This document shows positions 1 to 12,125 of a stretch of 64,000 nt of DNA, piece after piece. The notes under the pieces were generated by a model. That model was not told where the DNA came from, searched no databases, and worked only from the letters and a program-made list of their open reading frames with translations. Within the stretch, counting starts at the first letter, position 1; every line of letters starts with the position of its first letter. A program made the position numbers and the translations under genes. The DNA is from an uncultured Planctomycetaceae bacterium (GTDB taxonomy: Bacteria > Planctomycetota > Planctomycetia > Planctomycetales > Planctomycetaceae): contig CAWFAK010000005.1 in assembly GCA_963813715.1 (NCBI GenBank), forward strand, positions 1,216,001-1,280,000, given 5' to 3'.

Positions 1-171
1 GTCCGCCTCGATCAGCCGGGCGGCTCCAATCCGAGCTTCGGCTTCGAACATCCCCTTCGCCGTCAGCATGCGGACCATCAAGGCCTCGAGGGCGTCCGCG
101 CTGACGACGATTTCCTGCGACGGATCGGAGGGAATGTCGGGGGTCACTCTGACGTTGTCTCTGCCAATCAT
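1..171 (-). CDS. Ldh_2 family (malate/L-lactate/DpkA-like) oxidoreductase, N-terminal part, runs off the window edge
   Basis: Manual translation MIGRDNVRVTPDIPSDPSQEIVVSADALEALMVRMLTAKGMFEAEARIGAARLIEAD; the ending LIEAD matches the Ldh_2 N-terminal L-x-E-A-D(-L-R-G) pattern. Confidence 0.65.
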   Translation of the reverse strand, partial: MIGRDNVRVTPDIPSDPSQEIVVSADALEALMVRMLTAKGMFEAEARIGAARLIEAD

Positions 172-210
172 CGAATGTTGCTCGCTGTCTAATGTCTCTC
201 GTGCTGTTCG

Positions 211-1362
211 CTAGGGCTGCGTGACGTTCGCGATGGCGTTGCGACGCGCGGAAAGAAACTCGACCGGAGAGGAAGTGCGACCGTCGACCGCCAGGTCGAC
301 CAGTGCCTCCCCGATCACCGAGGTGAATTTGAATCCGTGTCCGGAGAAACCGGCCCCGAAGGAGACATGCTCATAATCGGGATGCTGATCGACGACGAAG
401 TGCCGATCGGGCGTGAGCGTGTACATGCACACGCACGATCGCAGCGGCACCGGATCGACGTCCGGCAGGCATTCCTCCAGGAATCGGCTCAGCCATTCCA
501 AGTCGGATGGCCGCACGGACCGGTCGACGTGTGCCGGATCGGTCACCGGTTCGCCGCGCGAATGCTCGGCCGCCTTGAGCGTCTGGCCGTCGCGGCTCGG
601 AAATCCGTAGAACAGACCGTAGGGCAGCTCGTAATAAAACGTTGGCGCGCTACGATCCTCGGCGTAAGCGTGGGAACGCACGGGAAACCAGAACTGGGGC
701 TTGCGCACGACTTCGAGCGGCAGCGACAAGCTGGCCAGCATCTGGGCCGCCCACGGGCCCGTCGTAATCACGAGTGCGGCGGCTTCATACTCGGCCCGCG
801 CGGTCCGCACCTTGAACGTCGAGCCGACGCGCGACCAATCGACCACCGCCTCTTGTGCAGCCACGCTCGCACCGTAGCGGAGGGCCGCATCGACATGGGC
901 GCTCACGCACAGCTCTACGTTCAAAAAGCCCGCGTGCGGCTCGAAGACCGCGTCGAAACCGGCGGGAATGCGAAAGCCTTGCAACTTCCCGCTGAGGTCG
1001 GCCGGCGCGACGTCCTGCAGGTCGAGATTGTGCGTGCGGGCCGCCAGGCGGGCGCCGGCAATCGTTTCGCCGTCCGGCGGGCCAGCCAACATCAGCCCGC
1101 ACAGGTGCATCAACGACAACTCCTCCGCATCCTCCAGATTGCGCCAGAGTTTGTACGCCCGCAGCAACAGCGGCACGTAGTCGGGGTGCTCGAAGTAGGC
1201 CTGGCGAATGATCCGCGTGTCGCCGTGGGAGCTGCCGCGGTCGTGGCCGATCGTGTACTGCTCGATCCCCAACACTCGCAAGCCGCGCGTCGCCGCGTGA
1301 TAGAGGGCCGAGCTGCCGAATCCGCCCAGGCCCAGCACGATGCAGTCGTAACGGGCGGTCAT
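211..1362 (-). CDS. solA: N-methyl-L-tryptophan oxidase / monomeric sarcosine oxidase family flavoprotein
   Basis: MTARYDCIVLGLGGFGS FAD-binding motif, GSSHGDTRIIR, CMYTLTPD, GFSGHGFKF. The ATG overlaps the upstream stop (ATGA). Confidence 0.9.
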   Translation of the reverse strand: MTARYDCIVLGLGGFGSSALYHAATRGLRVLGIEQYTIGHDRGSSHGDTRIIRQAYFEHPDYVPLLLRAYKLWRNLEDAEELSLMHLCGLMLAGPPDGETIAGARLAARTHNLDLQDVAPADLSGKLQGFRIPAGFDAVFEPHAGFLNVELCVSAHVDAALRYGASVAAQEAVVDWSRVGSTFKVRTARAEYEAAALVITTGPWAAQMLASLSLPLEVVRKPQFWFPVRSHAYAEDRSAPTFYYELPYGLFYGFPSRDGQTLKAAEHSRGEPVTDPAHVDRSVRPSDLEWLSRFLEECLPDVDPVPLRSCVCMYTLTPDRHFVVDQHPDYEHVSFGAGFSGHGFKFTSVIGEALVDLAVDGRTSSPVEFLSARRNAIANVTQP

Positions 1363-2772
1363 GGCACGTTCGAGACCGACTTGTGGGCCGGCGCGCGGCG
1401 GTCGTTCTCCGCTCGCGGGGCGGCGTTGTCGGCGGCCAGGGACACGCGGATGATCTCTTTGTCGTTGCGGGCAAACACGCTCTTCATCGCGAACGCCGGG
1501 TGTGACCAGATCGTCGTCCGCCGCGGCGCATCCCCTTTTCGCGTCGGCTCGATGAGCTTGGCGCGGACTGATTTCGTGATATCCGTCGGGCGAAAGCCGG
1601 GCGATGATCAGATCGCCCTGCTCATTGTGGAGAAAGTACTTATCCTCGTGCGGAATGATGAAGGCGTTCCACCAGCGGCCCTTGCCCGTTGCCGCGAACG
1701 TCTCCCACAGCCGTTTGCCGTCGGACGCATCGAGGCCCCGCAGTTGGCCGTAGCTGCAGACGCCATAGATATACTTTCCGTCAAACACCGGCGTGGGGAT
1801 GATCGAGTGCAAACCGTCGGTTTTGATCTCGCTCTCGCTGATTCCCTTCCAGAGAGTTTTGACGCTCTGTCCGTCGGCGCCGATTTGGATCATCCGCGGA
1901 CCGCTATAAAAGCACGTGAAGAAGATGCGATCGTCGACACAGCGCGGCGTCGAGATGCACAGACCGACCTTCATCTGCCAGGGGACGTTCCACCGCTGCT
2001 TGCCGGAGGCCGGGTCGAGCCCGGTGATCGACGTTGGATGCCAGATCACCAGGTGCCGCTTGCCGTGGATGTCGAAAATAACAGGGGGGACATAGCCGAC
2101 CTCGGGATCGTCGAGAGCCCGCCAGCGCTCCGCACCGGTCGCTTTGTCGAAGCTGACGACGAGCGCGTTCTCTCCGCCGACGAGCGTGATCAACTGGTCG
2201 CCGTCGACCAGCGGCGAAGTCGCGAGGCCCCAGATCGGCAGCTTCGTGTTGTATTCCTTGAGGAAGTCTTTCGACCACAGCACCTTGCCGGTCTTCGCCT
2301 CGAAGCAGAACATGTTCCCGACGGCGCCGATCGTATAGACGCGACCATCGCTGATTGTGGGCGTCGCCCGCGGCCCGGCCGGATAGTTGAGGCCAGCGTA
2401 GCGGGCCTCATAAGCGTGGCTCCAAAGCGTCTTGCCGCTTTCGGCGTCGAGGCACAAAACTCGCTCTTTGCCCTGCTCTTTGACCCGATCGGTCACGTAC
2501 ACACGTCCGTCGGCAACGGCGGGCCCCGCATAGCCTTCGGCCACGGGAACGGACCAGACGCGCGGCAAGAGGCCCTTCGTCGAAAAGTGATCGACGATTC
2601 CCGTTTCCCGCCAGACAGCATCCCGCTTCGGCCCACCCCAGTCGGGCCAATCGTCAGCCCGAACACTTTTGATGTGGGGAACGATTAAAACACAAGCCGC
2701 CAGAACAGCGGGCACTTTCCAGAACGCTTTGGATACGGTGCTCAAGAGAGCGCTCCTGCAGGGATTCGACAT
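1359..2772 (-). CDS. PQQ-binding-like beta-propeller protein with signal peptide (frameshift ~1565)
   Basis: DWPDWGGPKRD start, repeated CLDAESGKTLW/EAKTGKVLW motifs. The C-terminus continues in another frame as ...IWSHPAFAMKSVFARNDKEIIRVSL...NVP*. Confidence 0.88.
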
Positions 2773-2795
2773 CTCTGCTTTCAATAATCCGGAAG

Positions 2796-2890
2796 ATTTG
2801 AACAGGAGAAAACAGAGCGGGATCAGACGAATGGATTCCCAAGAGGCTAGGACAAGTCTTCTTTTCTGTTCATCTGTTTTTGACGGTTTG
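2796..2890. repeat. Left palindromic (REP-like) element flanking the GxxExxY gene
   Basis: ATTTGAACAGGAGAAAACAGAGC at 2796-2818, then a degenerate complementary arm TTCTGTTCATCTGTTTT at 2864-2880. Confidence 0.7.
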
Positions 2891-2969
2891 TTGGATCCAT
2901 CAAGTTATCGACTCGCGGCGCGGAAGGTTGCAGGACGAATCACATTTCTCCGACTGTGTGTTCCCTCGT

Positions 2970-3371
2970 TCATCGATTCGCACCGGGAAGCATGAGTCGG
3001 GCCACGCCGTCGGTCACGCGTTCCACGTTGAAGTTGATGAGCAGCCCGAGCGGTACATTGAGCAGCTTCATATAGCACAAGAGTTGAGCCTTGTGGATCG
3101 GCAAGATTTCCTGAATCGCCTTCGTCTCCACGAGCACGCAGCTTTCAACCTGCAGGTCAAACCGGAGTGTTTCCTCGCGGCTGAACCCCTTGTAATTCAC
3201 TCGAACCATCTGCTGGGTGCTGCACGTCAGCCCGCGCAATTCCAGTTCTTTCATCAGGCACCACTCGTAGATCGATTCCAGCAAACCAGGGCCTTTATCG
3301 CGGTGCACTTCGATTGCCGCCGCAATGATTGTCTCCGTCAACCCGCATGCCCGCTCATACAAGGGATGCAT
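2970..3371 (-). CDS. GxxExxY protein (PD-(D/E)XK nuclease-like fold)
   Basis: 133 aa with GPGLLESIYE, RFDLQVE, VETKA, QLLCYMK and GLLINFN. Confidence 0.95.
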   Translation of the reverse strand: MHPLYERACGLTETIIAAAIEVHRDKGPGLLESIYEWCLMKELELRGLTCSTQQMVRVNYKGFSREETLRFDLQVESCVLVETKAIQEILPIHKAQLLCYMKLLNVPLGLLINFNVERVTDGVARLMLPGANR

Positions 3372-3408
3372 GGCTCAAATCCTCGTGGCGGCCTACCGAC
3401 ACGAATCG

Positions 3409-3530
3409 CAAGAATTCTGGACAGGAGAGAACGGGAGTCAACAACAGAAACAGATCAAGATTGCCGAAGCATTCGGCGTCCAAGCCTTGGCCTTCTCTGT
3501 TTGCTCTGTTCCCTCCTGTTCAAATTCTTG
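3409..3530. repeat. Right palindromic (REP-like) element flanking the GxxExxY gene
   Basis: CAAGAATTCTGGACAGGAGAGAAC (3409-3432) pairs imperfectly with GTTCCCTCCTGTTCAAATTCTTG (3508-3530). Internal GCCGAA-gca-TTCGGC hairpin at 3463-3477. Confidence 0.75.
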
Positions 3531-3655
3531 GCATTTCCGCTTCAATTGGTTTGTTCTAAGGGATCGCGAACCGTTGATTTCGCATCAGCCTTGCTTGCCC
3601 TTGTTAAAGACATCAACCAATTGTGGCAGACGCGCGCGTGTGCCACAATGGCGTG

Positions 3656-4727
3656 ATGAAACGCTCACTCTTCAGTTGTTGTGCGCTGCTGGCTCTGTGC
3701 GTGGGATCCGTGGCGCGTCGCCGCGGACGGTCCCCAGCTCACGCCTCTCGAGGCCAAACACCTGGCCGGATTGCGGCAGGTGACGTTCGGCTTCCCTCGC
3801 GCGGGCGAAGGTTATTTCTCCCCGGACGGACAGTGGATCGTCTTCCAGGCGTATCCGCCCGGCTACCCGTTCTATCAGATTTATGTGCAGCGGCTCGATG
3901 AGCGCGAGGCCCGCCGCATCAGCACCGGACGCGGACGCACGACCTGCGCCTACTTCTCTCGCGACGGCAAGAAGCTCATCTTCGCGTCGTCTCACACCGA
4001 TCCCAAAATCAGCGAGACCGAAGAAAAAGCCCGCGAGGAGGCTAAACGCGGCGGCCGTCGCAGCTACCAGTGGGACTTCGACGTGAACATGGAAATCTAC
4101 GAGTGCAACTTCGACGGCAGCGGCCTCAAACGGCTGACCAATTCGCCGGGTTACGACGCCGAAGGCAGTTATTCGTTCGACGGCAAGCAGATCGTCTTCA
4201 CGTCGAAGCGGGCCGGCGACCCGAATATTTACATCATGGACGCCGACGGCTCGCACGTGCGGCAGGTCACGCACGCGGCGGCCTACAACGGCGGCCCATT
4301 CTTCTCGCCCGACGATCGCTGGATCATCTTCCGCAGCGACCGACAGAAGGAAAACATGCTGCAGCTCTATGCGATCGCCGTCGACGGGACGCACGAGGTG
4401 CAGCTGACCAACAACCTCAACACGGTCAACTGGGCCCCGTTTTTCCATCCGAGCGAAAAGTACCTCATCTGGTGCCGGGCCGATTACTCGCCCGGCCGTC
4501 CGCCCGGCGGCTTCGACCTGTTCACAATGGAGATCGAGCACGACGCGACGCACTTCCGCGGCGGGGCGGTAACCCAGATCACCGACGCCAAAGCGGCCGA
4601 CGTTCTCCCGGTCTTCAGCCCCGACGGCACCAAGCTGATGTGGACCTCCACGCGCACGCCCGACAGCACAAGCCAACTCTGGATCGCCGACTGGCTCCGC
4701 GGGCGTCAGACGACGAACGAACGCTAG
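3656..4727 (+). CDS. TolB-like (PD40 repeat) secreted protein (frameshift ~3715)
   Basis: Signal peptide MKRSLFSCCALLALCV in one frame, then AGEGYFSPDG, YDAEGSYSFDGKQIVFTS and GGPFFSPDD repeats. Confidence 0.88.
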
Positions 4728-4759
4728 TGCATCGTCGGGCACGTTGGGCAGGTCCGTCG

Positions 4760-5453
4760 TCAAATCGCAGTACCGCTGCTCGAACTCGAACGGCAGAGGA
4801 GCGTGAAGATCGTGGCGTCTGCGCAGATGTGCACGAGAATCGCCAAACCCAATCCGCCGGTCCACAAGCGAAGGAGCCCCAACGCCAAACGGAAGACTCC
4901 GGCCATGACGGCACGGAGAGGTCCCGGTGGATAGCGTGGACATGCCCGAGGCCGAAGAGAATCGAAGTCGCGCAGAGCGCGACATCTCGACTCCAGTCGG
5001 CCGCCGTGGCCTCCCACAGAATGCCTCGAAAAATCAGCTCCTCGAGCGCCGAGTTTATGGTGCTGAAACAAACGCCGGCAATCAGCAGGCTGCCGAACGC
5101 GGCCACCGGCAGGCCCGCAGCGAAGCCGGTAACGTCGGGACGAGCCAGCGAATGGAAGCCCACCAAAGCGATCACAGTAGAGAAGGCTAAAACGGCGGCC
5201 GCTGCCAGTGGCCAGCCAAAAACCGTCTGAAGCTGAAACGGGGAGACGTTCGCCGCAGACGAGGCCAGACCGCGACGACGAGCGCGTAAGACGCCAACGG
5301 CAGCACGAGATACCACGGCCAGCGAAGGGGGAAATCGCGGTCAGCGCGCACGACAAACGCCGTCAGAAAGACGGCTGCGTGGATCGCTCCATCTAGTCAT
5401 AGTGCCGCCGCATCGACAACCACGCCGACAGAAGAGACACTCGGAGTATCCAT
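4760..5453 (-). pseudogene. CPBP/Abi family intramembrane metalloprotease, copy 1 (in-frame TGA at 5397-5399 plus indels)
   Basis: EELIFRG, FGLGH and HICAD motifs spread over several frames. The paralog at 7404-8062 has CGA where this copy has TGA. Confidence 0.7.
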
Positions 5454-5704
5454 CTGGGAGTCTACTCGAAAGAAAGCTCGCGGAGAACTCAGCGCGTACA
5501 AGGGCACTGACGGCAGTAACTCAGCTGAACCGCTCTGCAGAGCACCTGACGGACCAGAAAGTCCGCTCGGGAATGACATCTGGGCGAAAATTGGGTTGAG
5601 TTATCGAGTCACTCCCCCGGATACTGTACACAGGCAGGCCCGTAGTCGCGGGCGAAACCCTGCCGCACACCGGTGCACTCCCGAACCACTCGCGGGAGAC
5701 GGAC

Positions 5705-7378
5705 GTGGAAGCGAACGAGAAAACGGGCGAACGTGTCGCGGAGCCGCGCCCTGCGCAGCCGACGACGCTGACGCTCCCTGCCGCTTCGCCCCCGGTTGGC
5801 CCGTCCCGTCCCGCTCGACAATTGGATGCCCAGACGCGCCGCTTCGCAGACGAAGTTGTGGGGCTGTTGCACCGCCGCCTGCTTGCCGGGACTACCATCG
5901 GCGCCGTCGCCTTCGTTCTGATGATTTTCGTGGCCCTGGCCAGTCCACACGGCCGCTTTGAGCACCTCAGCCTGGCTCTGTACGCGAGCCTGGCGCTTTG
6001 GTTCACGGGGCTGGCGGCGTGGTTGGCTCGGCACCGCGACCCGTCGCTGTCTCGCCTGCGAGTGGTCGAAGTTTTGGCCGTGGCTGCCTATGCCGCCCAC
6101 TGTGGGCGAAAGGACTTCGAGCACTACTCCGTTTATTGGGGCAAGCTGCCGGTTGACGACCAGTGGCTGGTTGTGTCGCACAGCCTGCTCAACTGGGTCT
6201 TTCTCATCTTCATTTACGGCATCCTGATCCCCAACGACTGGCGACGCTCGTTGCGGATGCTGACCGGCATGGCCCTGATCCCGCTGGCCGTTTACGGGGC
6301 GACCTGGTTCTCGTTTCCGCCGTCGCACCGACCCGCCGCGCCCCTGTTCGAGCTGTTTGCCATGGCGCGGGTGATGGGCGCGGCCGTCGCCATTTCAGTC
6401 TTCGGGGCCCACAAGTTCACCACGTTGCAGCGGCAGGCGTCCGAAGCACGGCATCTCGGGAAGTACCGGATCAAGCGCCGACTGTCGACCGGGGGCATGG
6501 GCGAGGTGTATTTGGCCGAGCATCGGCTGCTGAATCGGCCCTACGCCATCAAGCTGATCCGCCGCGAGATCGCCGCGAACCCAACGAGCCGCACACGCTT
6601 CGCCCGTGAGATTCAGGCCATGGCCCGGCTCACGCATTGGAACACGATCGAAATCGTCGATTACGGCCACGGCCCGGACGGCACCTTCTACTACGTGATG
6701 GAATACGTCGACGGGCAGAACCTGAGCGAGCTCGTCGAGCGCTTCGGACCTCTGCCGCCGGGGCGAGTCGTTTATTTGTTGCGGCAGGCCTGCGCCTCGC
6801 TGGCCGAAGCACACGCCATCGGCCTGATTCACCGTGACATCAAGCCGGGAAATCTCATGCTGACGCAGCAGGCCGGCCTGTTCGACGTCGTCAAGGTGCT
6901 CGACTTCGGCGTGGTGCAGCATCTCGGCCCGACCGAAGGCGACGACCGGCTGACGCAAACGGGACTGTTAATCGGCACGCCCGGTTACATGTCACCAGAA
7001 CAGGCCGCCGGCATCGCCGACGTGCGGACCGACGTCTACGGATTGGGCGCGGTTGCCTACTTTTTGCTCAGCCGGCGGGCGCCGTTCAGCGGTCGCGGCA
7101 TGCACCAAATCCGTACGTCCTTGCTGGAAGACCCGACACCGCTGCGGGAACTGCGTCCGGAGATCCCGTCCGACCTGGCGGCCGTCATCGAGCGCTGTCT
7201 GCGTCGCGACCCCGTGGAACGCTTCGCCGATATTGGGCAGTTGGACCAGGCTTTGGCAGCCTGCGACTGCGCCGCGACCTGGAGTTCCGAAGACGCCGCA
7301 GCCTGGTGGCGAGGAGCCGGCTCGGCCACCGCCACGGACGACGCCAGCGAGGGAACAGTCCCCGGCGTGCGCGTCTAG
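5705..7378 (+). CDS. Membrane-anchored Hanks-type Ser/Thr protein kinase
   Basis: Several N-terminal hydrophobic segments; GGMGEVY, AIK, HRDIKPGN, DFG, GTPGYMSPEQ. Confidence 0.93.
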   Translation: MEANEKTGERVAEPRPAQPTTLTLPAASPPVGPSRPARQLDAQTRRFADEVVGLLHRRLLAGTTIGAVAFVLMIFVALASPHGRFEHLSLALYASLALWFTGLAAWLARHRDPSLSRLRVVEVLAVAAYAAHCGRKDFEHYSVYWGKLPVDDQWLVVSHSLLNWVFLIFIYGILIPNDWRRSLRMLTGMALIPLAVYGATWFSFPPSHRPAAPLFELFAMARVMGAAVAISVFGAHKFTTLQRQASEARHLGKYRIKRRLSTGGMGEVYLAEHRLLNRPYAIKLIRREIAANPTSRTRFAREIQAMARLTHWNTIEIVDYGHGPDGTFYYVMEYVDGQNLSELVERFGPLPPGRVVYLLRQACASLAEAHAIGLIHRDIKPGNLMLTQQAGLFDVVKVLDFGVVQHLGPTEGDDRLTQTGLLIGTPGYMSPEQAAGIADVRTDVYGLGAVAYFLLSRRAPFSGRGMHQIRTSLLEDPTPLRELRPEIPSDLAAVIERCLRRDPVERFADIGQLDQALAACDCAATWSSEDAAAWWRGAGSATATDDASEGTVPGVRV

Positions 7379-7403
7379 TGCCGCGCACTCCAACGTCGAA
7401 TGC

Positions 7404-8062
7404 TTAGCCAGCGACTGGTTCGAACGCTCCTGACCGGAAGAGAATCGTGAAAATCGTCGCATCGGCGCAGATGTGCACGAGAATCGTCAGTCCCAACCCG
7501 CCGGTCCAGAGCCGCAAGAGCCCCAACGCCATTCCGAAGACTCCGGCCAGGACGGCCCCGAGCGGTCCCGGCGGATAGCCGTGGACATGACCCAGGCCAA
7601 AGAGAATCGTGGTCGGCGCCGATGCGCGACGCCCCGATTCCACTCGGCCGCCGTGGCCTCCCACAGCACGCCTCGGAAAATCAATTCTTCCAGCACCGCG
7701 TTTGTGGTGCTGAAACAAACGCCGGCGACCAAAAGACTGCCGAACGCGGCAACCGGTAGCCCCGCCGCCAGGCCGGCAACCTCGGGACGAGCCAGCGCTT
7801 GGAAGCCCAGCAATGCGACCACAGTCGTGATGGCCAGAACCAGGGCCACTGCCAGCGGCCAGCCAACCATCCGCCCCAGGGCCAGCCGCGGGGCTGTTCG
7901 CCGCAGACGGGGCCAGGCGACCACGACGATCACATAGGCCAGCAATGGCAGAACGAGATACCACGGCCAGCGAAGCGGCGACATCGCGATCAGCGCGACG
8001 GTAAGCGCCGTCAGGTAGACGGCTCCGTGGATCGCGCCATCTCGTCGTAGCGCCGCCTCCAT
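7404..8062 (-). CDS. CPBP/Abi family intramembrane metalloprotease, copy 2 (frameshift ~7620)
   Basis: [20 protein letters not shown] and HICAD motifs. Confidence 0.85.
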
Positions 8063-8305
8063 CTCCAGTCCTCCGAGAATCAGTCCACCCAGGTCGTGCG
8101 CCTTTCGAGGCTAAGAAAAGCAGAACCCCCGGAGAAACTGTGCGACTTCAGTCGGTCATCGAATTCAACCTCTCCCGAAAGGCTTGCCATGCGGCCAGAT
8201 CAAAATATCGTCGCGTGTTTCTCCTTTGGTAATTTTAGGCCCGCCAGCACAGACCGCACCGTACAATTCGCGAGCGTCCCGCATGGTCTCGAACAGGAAG
8301 GTCTC

Positions 8306-8700
8306 ATGGACATCAAACGCAACGGATCACAGCCGTCGAAAAAGGGACCGGCCGACTGGTTTACCGGGACGGTCCGCATCGACGCTTTGTTCCAACCCGA
8401 GGCTCCCGCCCGCGCGTCGGCGCCAGCGTCACGTTCGAGCCCGGCGCTCGCACGGCCTGGCACACGCACCCGCTCGGCCAGACGCTGATCGTGACGGCTG
8501 GCTGCGGGCGGGCGCAGCGCTGGGGCGGGCCGATCGAAGAACTGCGACCGGGCGACGTGGTCTGGTTCGCGCCGGGCGAAAAGCACTGGCACGGCGCCGC
8601 GCCCACCACGGCGATGACCCACGTCGCCATCGGCGAACTGCTTGAGGGCAAAGTCGTCGACTGGATGGAGCAGGTCACCGACGAGCAGTACGGCCGGTAA
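8306..8700 (+). CDS. Cupin domain protein (frameshift ~8415)
   Basis: [26 protein letters not shown]...[20 protein letters not shown]...[16 protein letters not shown] upstream. Confidence 0.9.
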
Positions 8701-8748
8701 GCCTGGCCGCGAAGTTTGAAATCCGCACAGCGCCTCCCACTCGCTTGA

Positions 8749-9913
<1,165 letters not shown>

Positions 9914-9923
<10 letters not shown>

Positions 9924-11293
9924 CGGAGCGCCTCGATCGGGTCGAGCCGAGAGGCCTTCCAGGCGGGGTAATAGCCGAAGACCACGCCGATCAACAGCGA
10001 GACGCCCACAGCCGCGAACATGGCCGGCCACGAGATCCGCGTCGGCCACAGCAGCGTGGCGCGGACGACCAGTGACGAAAATCGTCCCAGCAGAATGCCG
10101 GTCGCTCCGCCCAAGGCGCACAGCAGGATCGACTCGACCAGGAACTGACTCAGAATGTCCCGCGACCGGGCGCCGATCGCCATCCGCAGGCCGATCTCCT
10201 TGGTGCGCTCGGTGACGGAGACCAGCATGATGTTCATGATGCCGACGCCGCCGACCACCAGCGAAATCATCGCCACAACCAGGAGCAGAACCGACATCAA
10301 ACGCGAGGCTGAGGCCCGGGTGCGGCTGATCTCAGTCATGTCTCGCAAGGTAAAGTCTTCCGGTTGACCGGCGCGCTTGTGATGTCGCTCGCGGAGCAGG
10401 TCCTGGATTTGCTTCATGGCGGGAGAGATCGCCTCGTCCGAGCGGGCCTTGACCAGGATCAAGTCGAGGTTGGTGAAGTGGACCGGCTGCGGCGTATCGG
10501 CCAGTTGGGTCGGCGAGGCCACCGGATAGAGCACGGGCTTCACCGAAGGAAACGCGTCGTTGAGCGAATTGACCTGTTGAGACGGGTCCACCTTCAGCGC
10601 CGCGCTCTGGTTGGCCTTCTGCGCGGACTGGCCGACGATTTTGAACTTAAGCGTTGTCCAGGGAAGCATCACGATGTCGTCTTGATCCTGGCCGTACATG
10701 TTGGCCCCCTTGCGGGAGAGCACGCCCAGAACCTTCAAGGGCTTGTTGTTCATTCGCAGCTGCTGGCCGACGGGCGACTCGTCCCCGAACAGTTCGTCGG
10801 CAACCGACTGGCCGATGACGCAGACTTCTCGCAGGGATGTGACGTCCTCCTCCGTAAACATCGAGCCGTCGGCCAGCTGGGCCCAGTCTCGGATGTCGAG
10901 GTAAGCGGGTGTCGTGCCGTTGATACGGTCGGGCACCCAGTTGCGGCCGTTGGCGACCACTTGCGTGCGGGCGGCCACCAGAGGAGCGACGCTGGAAAGC
11001 GCACTACAACGGTCGGCCATCGCCGCGGCGTCTCCGGGGGTCAGGCTCATGGCCGTCCCCGCTCCGCCCGCGACACCGGCCATCGCCAGGTTGCCCGGAA
11101 GCACGAGGATCGTGTTGGAGCCCATGCTGGCGATCGTGGCTTCGACTTCGCGCGCCGCGCCATCGCCGATTTCGACCATGGCAATCACGGCGCCGACGCC
11201 GATCACGATGCCCAGCGTCGTCAACACCGAGCGGAGCACGTGTCGCCTGAGCGCGCTGACGGCCATCTGCGGCGTGCGGTACAAAAAACGCAT
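9914..11293 (-). CDS. MacB/FtsX-family ABC transporter permease
   Basis: RSVLTTLGIVIGVGAVI, GGVGIMNIMLVSVTERTKEIGLRMAIGA, LDPIEALRYE. Confidence 0.95.
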
Positions 11294-11352
11294 AGCTGGT
11301 AATTTCGTCGGGCGGCCAGCCGCATCTTGGAAACGGCGGCAGATTGCTCCCG

Positions 11353-12075
11353 TCAGGCGGCGGCCGGGTCCGCTTCGACGACCTGACCGTCGTACACCCC
11401 CTCGGCGATCAAACCATCGCTGATGCGGATCACGCGCCGCGCGGAGTGGGCAACGCCGGGGTCGTGCGTCACCAGCACGACAGTAATGCCGTCTTCCTCG
11501 CTGAGATTCTGAAACATCTGCAGGATTTCACGGCTGGTTTTGGAATCGAGGTTGCCGGTCGGCTCGTCCGCAAAGACGATCTGCGGCTGGTTAATCAGCG
11601 CTCGCGCGATGGCGACTCGCTGCTGTTGGCCGCCGGACAGTTGCGAGGGGTGATGGTCGAGACGCTCGCCGAGCCCCACCCGCTCGAGCATCGCCTGGCC
11701 TCGCGCGCGGCATTCTCGCTTGGACAGCGTGGCGTTGGTATAGGACAGGGGCAGGATGACGTTGTCGAGCGCGCTCGTGCGGGCCAGCAAGTTAAAGCTT
11801 TGAAAGACGAAACCGATGTTGCGGTTGCGGATCAACGCTCGCTGATCGCCGGTCAGCTTTGAGATTTCCTGGCCATCAAGCCAATACTGACCGGAGGTGG
11901 GCCGGTCCAGGCAGCCCAGGATGTTCATCAGCGTCGATTTGCCGGAGCCGGATGCTCCCATCAGAGCGACCATCTCGCCCCGGCCGATCTCGAGCGACAC
12001 GCCCTTCAACACGGGCACGTCAACGTCGCCGAGAAAGTACGTCTTATTGATTTCGTGCAAGCGAATCAGTGTCAT
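11353..12075 (-). CDS. MacB/LolD-like ABC transporter ATP-binding protein
   Basis: [31 protein letters not shown]. Confidence 0.96.
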   Translation of the reverse strand: MTLIRLHEINKTYFLGDVDVPVLKGVSLEIGRGEMVALMGASGSGKSTLMNILGCLDRPTSGQYWLDGQEISKLTGDQRALIRNRNIGFVFQSFNLLARTSALDNVILPLSYTNATLSKRECRARGQAMLERVGLGERLDHHPSQLSGGQQQRVAIARALINQPQIVFADEPTGNLDSKTSREILQMFQNLSEEDGITVVLVTHDPGVAHSARRVIRISDGLIAEGVYDGQVVEADPAAA

Positions 12076-12125
12076 CTGCGTTTCGGCCCCCTGGCGAGAA
12101 CGAACAACGGTCGCTCGGATCGGGC

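Noticed and set aside
337..2688. Long antisense ORFs (this one, and e.g. 12069-13661, 26931-28331, 58467-60203)
   Set aside because: They shadow well-supported genes on the other strand, which is typical of high-GC codon bias, and have no recognisable motifs.
211..2784. 857-aa PQQ-propeller/SolA fusion in the ORF track
   Set aside because: An extra base near 1565 joins two genes. The true propeller C-terminus is in another frame and stops at the ATGA overlap with solA.
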